DNA of 62,640 bases from an uncultured Litorilinea sp. (GTDB taxonomy: Bacteria; Chloroflexota; Anaerolineae; Caldilineales; Caldilineaceae), in the NCBI GenBank assembly GCA_964655505.1, contig CAZZNG010000002.1, forward strand, positions 1 to 62,640, in the 5' to 3' direction. Made by a program: the position numbers and the translations under genes. Numbering within the stretch: the stretch's first letter is position 1; every line of letters begins with the position of its first letter. Positions 17,356-27,105 of the stretch are shown here, one piece after another. The notes under the pieces are model-generated. The model searched no databases, was not told the origin of the DNA, and worked only from the letters and a program-made list of their open reading frames with translations.

Positions 17356-18565
17356 CAGCGTAGACAGTGCGGCGCAGCCCGCGCCCATCCGTGTCTATTT
17401 CGTGGCGCGCTATAGCAGCGAGGCCATGTATAAGAAACTGGTCTATTTGGGCCGCGAGGGGGATATTTGCCTACATGCCGTGGGGCCGCGGGTGTGGCAA
17501 GATGTGTTCTTTAGCGCCACATTTGATCCGAGCCAGGCGCGCGAATTCACCCTGGAGACTGTTCCCATGATCGGCTCATTGGCCGACCCGCACCGCGTTC
17601 TGTATCGCACGCTGCACGCCTCCATGCGGCGTGTGCGGCCCGATATTGTGCATGTGGAGGAAGAGCCGGACAGCCTGGCCGCGCTGCAAGCCGTTATCGC
17701 CACGCGGCTTTTTGCCCCGCGGGCACGCCTCTTGCTGCACACCTGGCAGAATATCGACCGGCCCATGTCGCCGCATGTACGCAGCATCTACCGGCTGACC
17801 TTGCGCGCCAGCGCGGGCATCTTCTGCGCCAACCGCGCCGCGGTCCAAATCGTGCGCGGCCACGGCTATACCAAACCCGTATGGCTGCTGCCTGCCAACG
17901 GCGTGGACACAGACCGCTTTGCGCCCTGCCCACAGCCGCCCCCGCAGCGCCCTTTTGTGATTGGGTACATTGGGCGGCTTGTGCCGGAAAAAGGCATCGA
18001 CCTGCTGATCGACGCGCTGGCCGCGCTGCGCCAATTGCGACCGGACGCTCAGGCGCGGCTGCGTATCATCGGCGGCGGCCCCTTGGCCGAGACGCTGGCC
18101 CGCCAGGTCAAGCAACTCGGTCTAGAGGATGTGGTGGAGTTCGTGGCTGGAATGCCGCCCGACGAGATCCCCGCAGCCCTATGCGCCTTGAGCGCGCTGG
18201 TTCTGCCCAGCCGCTCGACCCCCTTGTGGCAAGAGCAGTTGGGGCGGGTGCTGCTCGAAGCCATGGCCGTTGGCGTGCCGGTGATCGGCGCGCGTTCCGG
18301 CGCGATTCCGGAAGTGATTGGCGACGGCGGGCTGGTCTTTGACGAGGGCGATGTCAATCAACTGGTTGAAGCGCTGTGCAAGGTGGTGGACGATCCCGAC
18401 CTGCGCCAACAGCTTGTCGCCGCGGGCCAGACGCATGTACACAGCCGCTATACGCAGCGCTACGTCGCCGGTCAGACCGCAGCCGCCTACCGCCAAATTA
18501 TGCGCCGAGCCACAGAGCGGGCAACAGGGTCGGCAACAGAGCCGGCAGAGGTAGCGCAGCCATGA
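17348..18565 (+). CDS. glycosyltransferase family 4
   Basis: 405 aa from ATG 17348 (8-nt overlap with the previous gene). LVLPSR..EQLGRVLLEAMAVGVPVIGARSGAIPEV motif. Confidence 0.85.
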   Translation: MHNSVDSAAQPAPIRVYFVARYSSEAMYKKLVYLGREGDICLHAVGPRVWQDVFFSATFDPSQAREFTLETVPMIGSLADPHRVLYRTLHASMRRVRPDIVHVEEEPDSLAALQAVIATRLFAPRARLLLHTWQNIDRPMSPHVRSIYRLTLRASAGIFCANRAAVQIVRGHGYTKPVWLLPANGVDTDRFAPCPQPPPQRPFVIGYIGRLVPEKGIDLLIDALAALRQLRPDAQARLRIIGGGPLAETLARQVKQLGLEDVVEFVAGMPPDEIPAALCALSALVLPSRSTPLWQEQLGRVLLEAMAVGVPVIGARSGAIPEVIGDGGLVFDEGDVNQLVEALCKVVDDPDLRQQLVAAGQTHVHSRYTQRYVAGQTAAAYRQIMRRATERATGSATEPAEVAQP

Positions 18566-19704
18566 CCACCTGTATCGACATCACCCCCGCGGTTCACCGT
18601 CACGGCGGCATTGGGCGCTATACGGAGGAGCTGGTCACCGCGCTGGCCGCATTGGGCAAAGAGACATTGGGCAAGATCGGGCCGCTCACCGGCTTTTACA
18701 ACGACAGCCGCAGCGTCCACGCGCCGCGGCCATTGGCCTGGCTGCCCGCCACCACGTCGCCGCTGCCGCACAAGGTGTGGCGCGCCCAGGTGCTCGTGGC
18801 GCACACGACCCAGCAGAGCCAGGCCGCGCGCTTTGGCCCCATGGATCTCTTTCACGGAACGGATCACCTGCTGCCTTACCTGCCCGACACGCCAAGCGTG
18901 CTCACCATTCATGACATGGTCTTTCGCGTCATGCCGGAGACGCAGACACAACTCAACCAGTTGTATCTACGCATGATGATGCCGCGCTTTTGCCAACATG
19001 CACGGCAGATCATCGCGGTTTCGCACAACACCAGCCAGGACATCCAGCGCTTCTATCAGATTCCTGCCGAAAAGATCACCACCATCTATCCAGGGGTTCA
19101 CCCGCGCTTCCAGCGCGTGACAGACCCGGCTGTCCTGGAGCGTGTGCAGGCCAAATATCACCTGCCCCCGCGCTTTGCCCTCTTCGTCGGCACAGTGGAG
19201 CCGCGCAAGAACCTGGACAATGTGCTGCTTGCCTTTGAGCAGGCCGGGGTGGACGATCTGCACCTGGTCTTGGGCGGGCGCATCGGCTGGAAATCGACGC
19301 GGGTCATGCGCCAACTGCGCCGCCATGCCGCCGCGGCGCGCATCCTGATCCCCGGCTATATTGCGGATGAGGACTTGCCCGCGCTCTACAGCCTGGCCGA
19401 GATGTTTCTGCTGCCCTCGCGCTATGAAGGCTTTGGCCTGCCGGTCTTGGAGGCGATGGCGTGCGGCACGCCAGTGATTACCGCCAACGTCTCCAGCCTG
19501 CCTGAAGTGGCAGGCGACGCCGCGCTGCTGGTCGACCCCACCGACGCGGAGGCGCTCGCGGCAGCCATGGCGGATCTGGCGGCGAACCCGGCGCGGCGGG
19601 CAGCGTTGCAGGAGAGAGGCTATCGCCAAGCTGCCCAATTCACCTGGGAAAAGACTGCCCGCGCCACCTTGGCTGTTTACCGCGCCGTACTGGAAGAAAG
19701 ATGA
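18562..19704 (+). CDS. glycosyltransferase family 4 (mannosyltransferase-like)
   Basis: 380 aa from ATG 18562 (ATGA overlap). FLLPSRYEGFGLPVLEAMACGTPVITANVSSLPEV. Confidence 0.85.
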   Translation: MTTCIDITPAVHRHGGIGRYTEELVTALAALGKETLGKIGPLTGFYNDSRSVHAPRPLAWLPATTSPLPHKVWRAQVLVAHTTQQSQAARFGPMDLFHGTDHLLPYLPDTPSVLTIHDMVFRVMPETQTQLNQLYLRMMMPRFCQHARQIIAVSHNTSQDIQRFYQIPAEKITTIYPGVHPRFQRVTDPAVLERVQAKYHLPPRFALFVGTVEPRKNLDNVLLAFEQAGVDDLHLVLGGRIGWKSTRVMRQLRRHAAAARILIPGYIADEDLPALYSLAEMFLLPSRYEGFGLPVLEAMACGTPVITANVSSLPEVAGDAALLVDPTDAEALAAAMADLAANPARRAALQERGYRQAAQFTWEKTARATLAVYRAVLEER

Positions 19705-20879
19705 CACCGCATGGACAGCATCGACAGCCAGGGGAAACAGAAGCGAAGGGCGCAATGAGCAGCGAGAGCGGGCCGGTCTATGTGCTGGACGGGCGCACAG
19801 CCACCCCGCACTTTCCCGGCATCGGGCGCTATGTGCGCAATCTGGTGGCAGCCATGCCGCCGCACTTGGCCGAGGGGGAGTGTCTGCATGTGCTGAGTCC
19901 TGCGGGGGAGCGGCCTGGCCCCGACCACCCACAAGTCGTCTATACGCCTGTGGCGGCAAGCCCCTTCAGCCTGCAACAGCAGTGGCAGATCCCCCGTGCG
20001 ATCCGCGCAGCCGCGCGGGGTGCGCGCGTCTATCACAGCGCCTATTACCTCATGCCCTATTGGACGGGCGCGCCGACCGTGGTCACGCTGCACGATCTGA
20101 TCGGGTTGGTGCTGCCGGAGACGGTTTCGCCGCGTGCCCGTCGCTTCTTCAAGCTGACTGTGCGGCTGGCGCTGGCCGCGGCCCAGCGGGTGATTGTCGG
20201 CGCGTCCGACACGCGCGACGACTTGGTTCGCCATTTCCATGTGCCGCCGGAGCGCATCGCGGTCATCCCCTACGCGCCCGCGCCGCGCTTTCAGCCCCAG
20301 AGCCGCGCGGCCATCGACGCCGCGGCCAGTGCGCTAGGGCTGCCGCAAGCCTATCTGCTCTATGTCGGCATCAACAAGCCCCACAAGAACTTGGTGCGGC
20401 TGGTCGAAGCCTATGCCCAGCTACCCGCCAGCGCGCCGCCATTGGTGATCGGCGGCGCATGGGACCCGCGCTACCCAGAAGCCAAGCAGCGCGCCGCGGC
20501 CCTGGGGCTGGACAGCCGCGTCCACTTCATTGGCCGGGTGGATGATGCCCACCTGCCCGCGCTCTATGCAGGGGCTGCGCTCTTTGTCTTTCCGAGCCTG
20601 TATGAGGGCTTTGGCCTGCCCGTGGTCGAGGCCATGGCCTGCGGCACGCCAGTGGTCTGCGCCGACGCGCCAGGGCTGCGCGATGCAGCCGGGGACGCGG
20701 CGCTGCGCGTCGATCCCCATGACACAGACGCGCTGGCGGGAGCGATCCAACGCGTGTTGGACGAGCCGAACCTGCGCGCCGATTTGCAGGCGCGCGGGCT
20801 GGCCCACGCGCGCACGTTGACTTGGGCAGGCGCGGCCGCGGCGACACTGGCCCTCTACCGCGCCCTGGCGACAGGTTGA
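19701..20879 (+). CDS. glycosyltransferase family 4 (mannosyltransferase-like)
   Basis: 392 aa with an ATGA overlap on the previous gene. FVFPSLYEGFGLPVVEAMACGTPVVCADAPGL. An alternative start at 19755 is possible. Confidence 0.85.
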   Translation: MTPHGQHRQPGETEAKGAMSSESGPVYVLDGRTATPHFPGIGRYVRNLVAAMPPHLAEGECLHVLSPAGERPGPDHPQVVYTPVAASPFSLQQQWQIPRAIRAAARGARVYHSAYYLMPYWTGAPTVVTLHDLIGLVLPETVSPRARRFFKLTVRLALAAAQRVIVGASDTRDDLVRHFHVPPERIAVIPYAPAPRFQPQSRAAIDAAASALGLPQAYLLYVGINKPHKNLVRLVEAYAQLPASAPPLVIGGAWDPRYPEAKQRAAALGLDSRVHFIGRVDDAHLPALYAGAALFVFPSLYEGFGLPVVEAMACGTPVVCADAPGLRDAAGDAALRVDPHDTDALAGAIQRVLDEPNLRADLQARGLAHARTLTWAGAAAATLALYRALATG

Positions 20880-20931
20880 CGGCAGCGCGCAAGCGCCTAG
20901 TGGTTATGAACTACTTTATAAGCCGCGGCAC

Positions 20932-22077
20932 TTGCTTCTAGCCAGAAGCGCGCTTGATCTGCCATTACACATCTACAAGGACTATGCCCCGGTCGTGGGC
21001 GGCATTGAGAATACAATCCGGCTGATGGTCGAGGGCTTGGCCGGTGCGGGCGTCGACGTGGAGGTCTTGGTCACCAATACAGGCCCCACAACCGAGCGCA
21101 CCGTCATCGGCGGCGTGCCGGTGACCAAAACCGGGCGTCTGCTCAATGTCTCCTCCGCGCCGGTCAGTCTGGATTTCTACCTCTGGCTGCGCCGGTTGGC
21201 CCACAACGCGGACATTGTCCACGCCCACCTGCCCTATCCGCCGGGCGAGTTGGGCCAGTTGATGTTGGGCCGCGGCCGCCGCTTTGTGGTGACCTATCAC
21301 AGCGATATTGTGCGCCAAAAGCTCTTGGGCGCGCTTTACAGCCCCTTTTTGCGCCAAGTGCTGCGCCGCGCACACCTGATTAGCGCGACGAGCGATGCCT
21401 ATGTGCGCTCGTCGGCCTTTCTGGCTCCAGTGGCAGACAAATGCCGCGTGATCCCGCTGGGCATCGACTTAAGCGCGTTTCAGTCTACGCCCGCCATAGC
21501 GAGCGCGGCCGCCGAGGTGCGCGCCCGCTATGGCCCCGATCCGCTCCTGCTGTTCGTGGGCAAATTGCGCCATTACAAGGGGCTGGATGTGCTGCTGCGG
21601 GCCATGACCCAGGTCGAGGCGCGGCTGCTGGTGGTCGGCTCCGGGCCGATGGAAGCGGAATGGCGCACGCTGGCGGCAGATCTACAACTGGGCGAGCGGG
21701 TGCTCTTTTTGGACGAGCGGCCCGAGGCGGAAAAGGTGGCGATGCTGCACGCGGCCGATCTGTTTGTGCTGCCATCCACCAACCGCGCCGAAGCCTTTGG
21801 CGTGGTCTTGCTCGAAGCCATGGCCGCGGGGCTGCCGCTCATCAGTACAGAGCTGGGCACAGGCACTTCCTATGTCAACCAACATGAAGAAACGGGCTTG
21901 GTCGTGCCCGCGGGGGATGTCCCCGCGCTGGCCGCGGCCCTCAATCGTCTGTTGGCCGACGCGAACCTGCGTGCGCGCATGGCCGCGGCCAGTTTAGCGC
22001 GCGCCACCCGGCTCTTTAGCAAGGAAGCATTGATTCGCCACACGCTGGCATTCTATGAGGAGGCGCTGGCCGCGTGA
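20932..22077 (+). CDS. glycosyltransferase family 4
   Basis: 381 aa. LHIYKDYAPVVGGIENTI N-terminus and FVLPS..EAFGVVLLEAMAAGLPLIST motif. The TTG start has no clear SD, so the start coordinate is uncertain. Confidence 0.8.
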   Translation: MLLARSALDLPLHIYKDYAPVVGGIENTIRLMVEGLAGAGVDVEVLVTNTGPTTERTVIGGVPVTKTGRLLNVSSAPVSLDFYLWLRRLAHNADIVHAHLPYPPGELGQLMLGRGRRFVVTYHSDIVRQKLLGALYSPFLRQVLRRAHLISATSDAYVRSSAFLAPVADKCRVIPLGIDLSAFQSTPAIASAAAEVRARYGPDPLLLFVGKLRHYKGLDVLLRAMTQVEARLLVVGSGPMEAEWRTLAADLQLGERVLFLDERPEAEKVAMLHAADLFVLPSTNRAEAFGVVLLEAMAAGLPLISTELGTGTSYVNQHEETGLVVPAGDVPALAAALNRLLADANLRARMAAASLARATRLFSKEALIRHTLAFYEEALAA

Positions 22078-23156
22078 CATTCTCTCGTTCTTCTCACCCT
22101 GGCACGCCTGCACTCCGTTTTGGGTTGATCGGCTGTGGGCGCGTTGCCCCTCGCCATGCCCAATCGTTGGGCCAACTGGCCCAGACCCGGCTCGTCGCGG
22201 TCGCGGATGTGCGTGCGCCGCGTGCAGAGCATTTCGCCCAGGAGTATGGAGCCGACCCCTACACCGATTATCATGCGCTGCTGGAGCGCCCAGACATCGA
22301 CGCGGTGAGCATCTGCGTGCCCAGCGGGCTGCATGCCCAGGTCGCCATCGACGCGCTGGAAGCAGGCAAGCATGTGCTGGTCGAAAAGCCGATTGCGATC
22401 CGGCTGGAAGATGCCGACCGCATGATCGCCACAGCCGAGCGCGTGGGGCGCAAGTTGGGCGTTGTCCTGCAAAATCGCTACAACCAACCTGTGCAGCAGT
22501 TGCGCCGCGCCATTGACGCGGGCAAACTTGGCCCGCTCTATTTGGGCAATGTCTGCGTGCGCTGGTACCGGCCTCAATCTTATTATGACGACGATTGGCA
22601 TGGAACCTGGGCTATGGACGGCGGCGCGCTGATGAACCAGAGCATTCACCACATCGACGCACTGCAATGGCTCATGGGGCCGGTGGCGTCGGTCTATGCC
22701 TATACCGCGACCCTGGCGCATGAGATGGAGGCGGAGGACGTGGGGGTGGCTGTGGTGCGCTTCGCCAGCGGTGCGCTGGCGACCATCGAAGGTTCGACGG
22801 TGACTTGGCCGCAGAACCTGGAAGGCTCCATCGCCGTCTTTGGCGCGCACGGCTCGGTCAAGATCGGTGGAACCGCGCTCAACCGCATTACGTTGTGGAA
22901 AGTTGACGGCGAGTTGGAGCAAGAAGCCGAACTGCTGACAAGTCAGCGGGTCGATCCCCCCTCTGTCTACGGCTACAGCCACCGCGAAGTGATCCGCGAC
23001 TTTGCCGATGCTGTGTTGACTGATCGCACGCCCGGCACGCCAGGCCCCGAAGCACGCAAATCACTGGCACTGGTCTTGGCGATCTACGAATCGGCGCGCA
23101 CTGGCCGCGAGGTGATGGTGCAGCCTGTGCCCGATAGGTTCGGCTCGGCAGTATAG
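22074..23156 (+). CDS. Gfo/Idh/MocA-family (sugar-nucleotide) oxidoreductase
   Basis: 360 aa. GTG start overlapping the preceding stop as GTGA. Rossmann motif FGLIGCGRVAPRH and EKP motif (HVLVEKPIA). Resembles WbpB/WlbA-type UDP-sugar dehydrogenases. Confidence 0.8.
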   Translation: MTFSRSSHPGTPALRFGLIGCGRVAPRHAQSLGQLAQTRLVAVADVRAPRAEHFAQEYGADPYTDYHALLERPDIDAVSICVPSGLHAQVAIDALEAGKHVLVEKPIAIRLEDADRMIATAERVGRKLGVVLQNRYNQPVQQLRRAIDAGKLGPLYLGNVCVRWYRPQSYYDDDWHGTWAMDGGALMNQSIHHIDALQWLMGPVASVYAYTATLAHEMEAEDVGVAVVRFASGALATIEGSTVTWPQNLEGSIAVFGAHGSVKIGGTALNRITLWKVDGELEQEAELLTSQRVDPPSVYGYSHREVIRDFADAVLTDRTPGTPGPEARKSLALVLAIYESARTGREVMVQPVPDRFGSAV

Positions 23157-23198
23157 GCCAACACAAATAGGCCAACACAATAGGAATAGGCCAACATA
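23154..23198 (+). repeat. three direct copies of TAGGCCAACA(C/T)A
   Basis: Copies at 23154-23165 (starting on the TAG stop codon), 23168-23179 and 23187-23198. Confidence 0.8.
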
Positions 23199-23228
23199 CC
23201 ACGAGCCGCCAAAACAGTTTGACCCAGG

Positions 23229-23256
23229 CAGTTGCGTAGGGTACGATACGCAACTG
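23229..23256. other. 10-bp perfect stem-loop
   Basis: CAGTTGCGTA-GGGTACGA-TACGCAACTG. A second stem, CTGCTGT..ACAGCAG, overlaps at 23254-23276. Both lie upstream of the Wzy_C-TPR gene. Confidence 0.35.
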
Positions 23257-23365
23257 CTGTGCAGTGCTTACAGCAGATAAGACCCAAGCCGGGGCGCCTA
23301 TTCACCGCACCGCGCCAGCGGGCGTTCGGCGTCGAAAAATAACAGGTTGGTTGGATTAAACCTCT

Positions 23366-26300
23366 ATGCCGTATAAGACAAAACTTGACGCGTGGCTCAC
23401 CGGCATCATCGAGGCCGGTTGGCTGGCCGCATTGGTCCTTGCTCCCCTTTTCTTCAACGTCTTTTCGAGCCGCGTTTTCGAGCCGGACAAAATCAGTTTG
23501 ATCCGGTCGATTGCGCTGGTCATGCTCCTGGCGTGGTTGATCAAGCTTGCCAATGGCGGCGGCGCGTGGGAGCCAATTTCACACAGAGCCAGCCATAAAG
23601 ACCCGCAGGAAGAGGCAGCAGAAACCGACGCGGACCGCTCACGACCCTTGTGGCGGCGCGCCATTGGTGTGCCGCTGCTGCTGCCGATTGTGCTGTTGAT
23701 CATTGCCTATCTGGTCAGCACAGGCTTCAGCATCGCCCGCTTTGTCAGTTGGTGGGGTTCCTATCAGCGGCTGCAAGGGACCTATACCTTCCTCAGCTAC
23801 ACCATCATCGCGCTGCTGGCAATGGGCCATCTGCGCCGCCCGGAACAACTGCGGCGGCTGCAACATGCGATTATCGTGACCAGCGTGCCCATCTCCATCT
23901 ACGGCATTTTGCAACATCGCCAGCTTGACCCGCTGCCCTGGGGCGGCGATGTGTCAACGCGCGTGGCGGCCAATGCAGGCAACGCCATTTTCCTAGCTGC
24001 CTATCTGATCATGGCGTTCTTCTTCACGCTGGAGCGGGTCTACAGCAGCTTTGCCTATTTGCTGGGCTATAAGACCGACGACGAGGGTGAAAACCAAGAT
24101 GTGCCCACGTCGATAGCCGGGGGCGCGTACCTCTTTGTGCTGATTGTCCAGTTGCTTGCCATCTTCTGGACCCAGAGCCGCGGGCCGTGGTTGGGCTTGT
24201 TCTTCGGGCTTTATCTCTTTGTGCTGCTGCTCTTTACCGCGCTGCGACCGGCGCGCTTCCGCCTGTTGACCTCCACCTGGGTTGGCCTGGGCGTGGGCGG
24301 CGCGCTGCTGCTGGTGCTGATGAACACCAGCCCCCTCTTTCAACCGCTGCGCGGCGTGCCCTATCTCGGTCGTTTGACCACCATGCTCGAGGCGGACACA
24401 GGCACGGGCCGCGTGCGTGTCTTGATCTGGCAGGGCGCGTCCGAAATGGTTGCGCCGCACGAAGCGTTGACCTTTCCCGACGGCAGCAAGGACGCGCTCA
24501 ACCCCGTTCGCCCCTTGATTGGCTATGGGCCAGAGGCGATGTGGATCGCCTATAACCGCTTCTATCCGCCCGAATTGGCGCAGATCGAAGCGCGCAATGC
24601 CAGCCCGGACCGGGCGCACAATGAAACGTGGGACGCGCTGGTGATCACCGGCTTTCTCGGCTTCTTGGCCTATCTTGCCCTCTTTGTCAGCATCTTCTAT
24701 TGGGCGCTGCGTTGGCTGGGGCTGTTGATCAACCGCCGCGATACGTGGCTCTTTATCGGGCTGTTGGCGCTCAGTTCCGTCGCCATGACCGTCTTGTTCT
24801 ATCTGTATGATGGCGGCTGGCGCTTCTTTGGCGTGGCCCTGCCGATTGGCCTAATTGGCGGACTGGGCATTTATGTCACCATTTCGGCCTTTTTACACGG
24901 CGGGCGTCAGTCTGCGCGCGGCGATCTGCCGCGGCAACTGCTGCTGATCAGCCTCCTGGCGTCGATCACCGCGCACTTCATCGAAATCCACTTCGGCATC
25001 GCCATCGCCGCTACACGCACCTATTTCTGGGTGCAAACCGCCATGCTGCTCGTCATCGGCACAGGCTGGCTGCAGCCGACCGGCTTTACCAAGGCGCAAG
25101 AGATTGTGGACGAGAGCAGCGAAGAGGCCGAACCGCCGGAGAGCAGCCGGGGCCGCCGCAGGGGACGCGGCCGCAACCGGGGGCGCAGCAGCGCAAGCCG
25201 CAACGCCAATTGGGGGATGCCCGCGCTGCCCGCCACGGTCATGATCGATCTGCTGATCTTCTTGACGCTGGTTTTCCTCTTCACGACCAATGGCCGCGGG
25301 GAGACAAACCCGCTCACCATCCTAACCAACAGCATCTTTCGGCGATCCAGCGGCGGCGAAACCTATCTCAGCCCTTATATCTTCTTCTTGCTGCTCTTTA
25401 CCTGGGTGATCGCGGTGACCATCTGTCTGACCACCGCGTCCTTGCAACACCGGCGCACGCCTAGCGCGTCGTGGTGGGTTCGCGGCGTTGTGCTGCATGG
25501 CGCAGTGGTCTGGGGCGGCTGGCTCGTCTACGGCTTGGTCCAGGCGACGCGCCTGGTTCCGGGGGTGGCGGGATCAGACCTCAACAGCCAATTGGGCGTG
25601 GTCGCAGGACACTTTGCGCTCTTTACCTGGATTGTGGTCATTTGGCTGTTTGGGACTGGGCTGGTCTTTGCCTGGTCTGCGCTGCAAGACCGGCGCGTCT
25701 CGTTCTTTGGCAGCGCGCCCCTCAGCGTGGGTGTCGGTGTAGTGGCGACGGTCGTCATCTTTGCAGCCATCAGCAACGTCAACATCGCGCTGGTGCGCGC
25801 CGATATCATCTATAAACAGGGTCAGCAGTTCGATGCCCAGGGCAACTGGGTGAGCAGTGTCGAGTTGTATCGCCGTGCGCTCAATGCCCGGCGCACGGAA
25901 GATCATTACATGCTTTTCCTCGGTCGTGCTTTGCTGGAACAGGCCAAGGCCAGCGGCGAGGAAGGGACAGTGACGCTGCCTGAAAGTGCCACCTTGGGCG
26001 ATGTGCTGGCCTTGACACCCGAAGCGGTCAGCCAGATGTCGCGCCAAGAACTGCTGCGCGCCGCGGAGGTGGTGCTGCAGCAGGCGCAGCGCGTGAACCC
26101 GCTCAACACTGATCATACAGCAAACCTGGCTCGCCTCTATCGCTCTTGGGCGGATCTATCTACCGACCCCGAAAGACGCCAGGCCATGCTGGACCGCAGC
26201 ATCGAGTATTACAACACCGCGGTCACCCTCAGCCCCAACGCCGCGCATCTGTGGAACGAGAAGGGCAATGCACACCTGGCGCGCGGGGAAGACGATCTGG

Positions 26301-27031
26301 CCGAAGAAGCCTACCTGCACAGCATGGAGATCGACAACCGATATCTCCAGACATACCTGCTGTTGGCCGACTTCTACGAGCGTCGTGAGCAGTTCGACAA
26401 GAGCATTGCTATTCTGGAGCAAGGGATCGAAAAGCAGCCCAACGCGCTCCAGTTGTACAGCTATCTAGGCGTTGCCCAGGCGCGCGTGGGCAACATGGAT
26501 GCGGCCATCGCGGCCAACGAGCAGATTCTCAACTTGCAGCCGGGCAACGTCGGGGCCATGCAAAACATCGCGGTCATCTACCGCGACCAGGGCAAGACGC
26601 AAGAGGCCATCGAGTGGACCGAGCGCGCCATTGCCATCACCGCGGATGCCAACGTGGAAGAGCGCAAGACGCTGCACCAACTGGCGGCCCAACTCTATCA
26701 ACAGGCCAATCAGCCGGATCAGGTGCTGGCCCACTACGAGCAACTGCACCAGATTGCGCCGGAAGATACGACGGTGTTGGCAACGCTGTACAGCCTTTAT
26801 GTCGAGCGCCAGGATTGGAACCAGGCCATCGCCGCGCTGCAAGCATTGGCTGTGCTGGAGCCGGACAACTACCAACATCCGTTGGCGCTGGCCCAACTCA
26901 TGCAGCAGATCGGCCAGGAAGCGGACGCGCTGACCTATGCGAATCAGGCGCTGGATCTAGCCCCTGACGGCGAGAAACCAGCGATTGCCCAGTTGATCGA
27001 TACATTATCAACAGGATCAGCAGGAAGTTAG
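23366..27031 (+). CDS. Wzy_C / O-antigen-ligase-like polytopic membrane protein fused to a C-terminal TPR domain
   Basis: 1221 aa with many TM helices. The FWTQSRGPWLG segment is typical of the Wzy_C domain. There is an Arg-rich loop (RGRRRGRGRNRGR). The C-terminal ~400 aa contains multiple TPR-like repeats. Confidence 0.75.
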   Translation: MPYKTKLDAWLTGIIEAGWLAALVLAPLFFNVFSSRVFEPDKISLIRSIALVMLLAWLIKLANGGGAWEPISHRASHKDPQEEAAETDADRSRPLWRRAIGVPLLLPIVLLIIAYLVSTGFSIARFVSWWGSYQRLQGTYTFLSYTIIALLAMGHLRRPEQLRRLQHAIIVTSVPISIYGILQHRQLDPLPWGGDVSTRVAANAGNAIFLAAYLIMAFFFTLERVYSSFAYLLGYKTDDEGENQDVPTSIAGGAYLFVLIVQLLAIFWTQSRGPWLGLFFGLYLFVLLLFTALRPARFRLLTSTWVGLGVGGALLLVLMNTSPLFQPLRGVPYLGRLTTMLEADTGTGRVRVLIWQGASEMVAPHEALTFPDGSKDALNPVRPLIGYGPEAMWIAYNRFYPPELAQIEARNASPDRAHNETWDALVITGFLGFLAYLALFVSIFYWALRWLGLLINRRDTWLFIGLLALSSVAMTVLFYLYDGGWRFFGVALPIGLIGGLGIYVTISAFLHGGRQSARGDLPRQLLLISLLASITAHFIEIHFGIAIAATRTYFWVQTAMLLVIGTGWLQPTGFTKAQEIVDESSEEAEPPESSRGRRRGRGRNRGRSSASRNANWGMPALPATVMIDLLIFLTLVFLFTTNGRGETNPLTILTNSIFRRSSGGETYLSPYIFFLLLFTWVIAVTICLTTASLQHRRTPSASWWVRGVVLHGAVVWGGWLVYGLVQATRLVPGVAGSDLNSQLGVVAGHFALFTWIVVIWLFGTGLVFAWSALQDRRVSFFGSAPLSVGVGVVATVVIFAAISNVNIALVRADIIYKQGQQFDAQGNWVSSVELYRRALNARRTEDHYMLFLGRALLEQAKASGEEGTVTLPESATLGDVLALTPEAVSQMSRQELLRAAEVVLQQAQRVNPLNTDHTANLARLYRSWADLSTDPERRQAMLDRSIEYYNTAVTLSPNAAHLWNEKGNAHLARGEDDLAEEAYLHSMEIDNRYLQTYLLLADFYERREQFDKSIAILEQGIEKQPNALQLYSYLGVAQARVGNMDAAIAANEQILNLQPGNVGAMQNIAVIYRDQGKTQEAIEWTERAIAITADANVEERKTLHQLAAQLYQQANQPDQVLAHYEQLHQIAPEDTTVLATLYSLYVERQDWNQAIAALQALAVLEPDNYQHPLALAQLMQQIGQEADALTYANQALDLAPDGEKPAIAQLIDTLSTGSAGS

Positions 27032-27105
27032 CCAACAAGAAGGTAACAAGACGTTAATCGACAGAAAGTTGGAATCGGATCGGACGCGTAGAGTATGGGG
27101 AAACC

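Noticed and set aside
18967-19959. 330-aa minus-strand ORF
   Set aside because: Antisense, spanning two GT4 genes. Arg/Pro/Ala-rich shadow.
22053-22982. 309-aa minus-strand ORF
   Set aside because: Antisense to the Gfo/Idh/MocA oxidoreductase gene.
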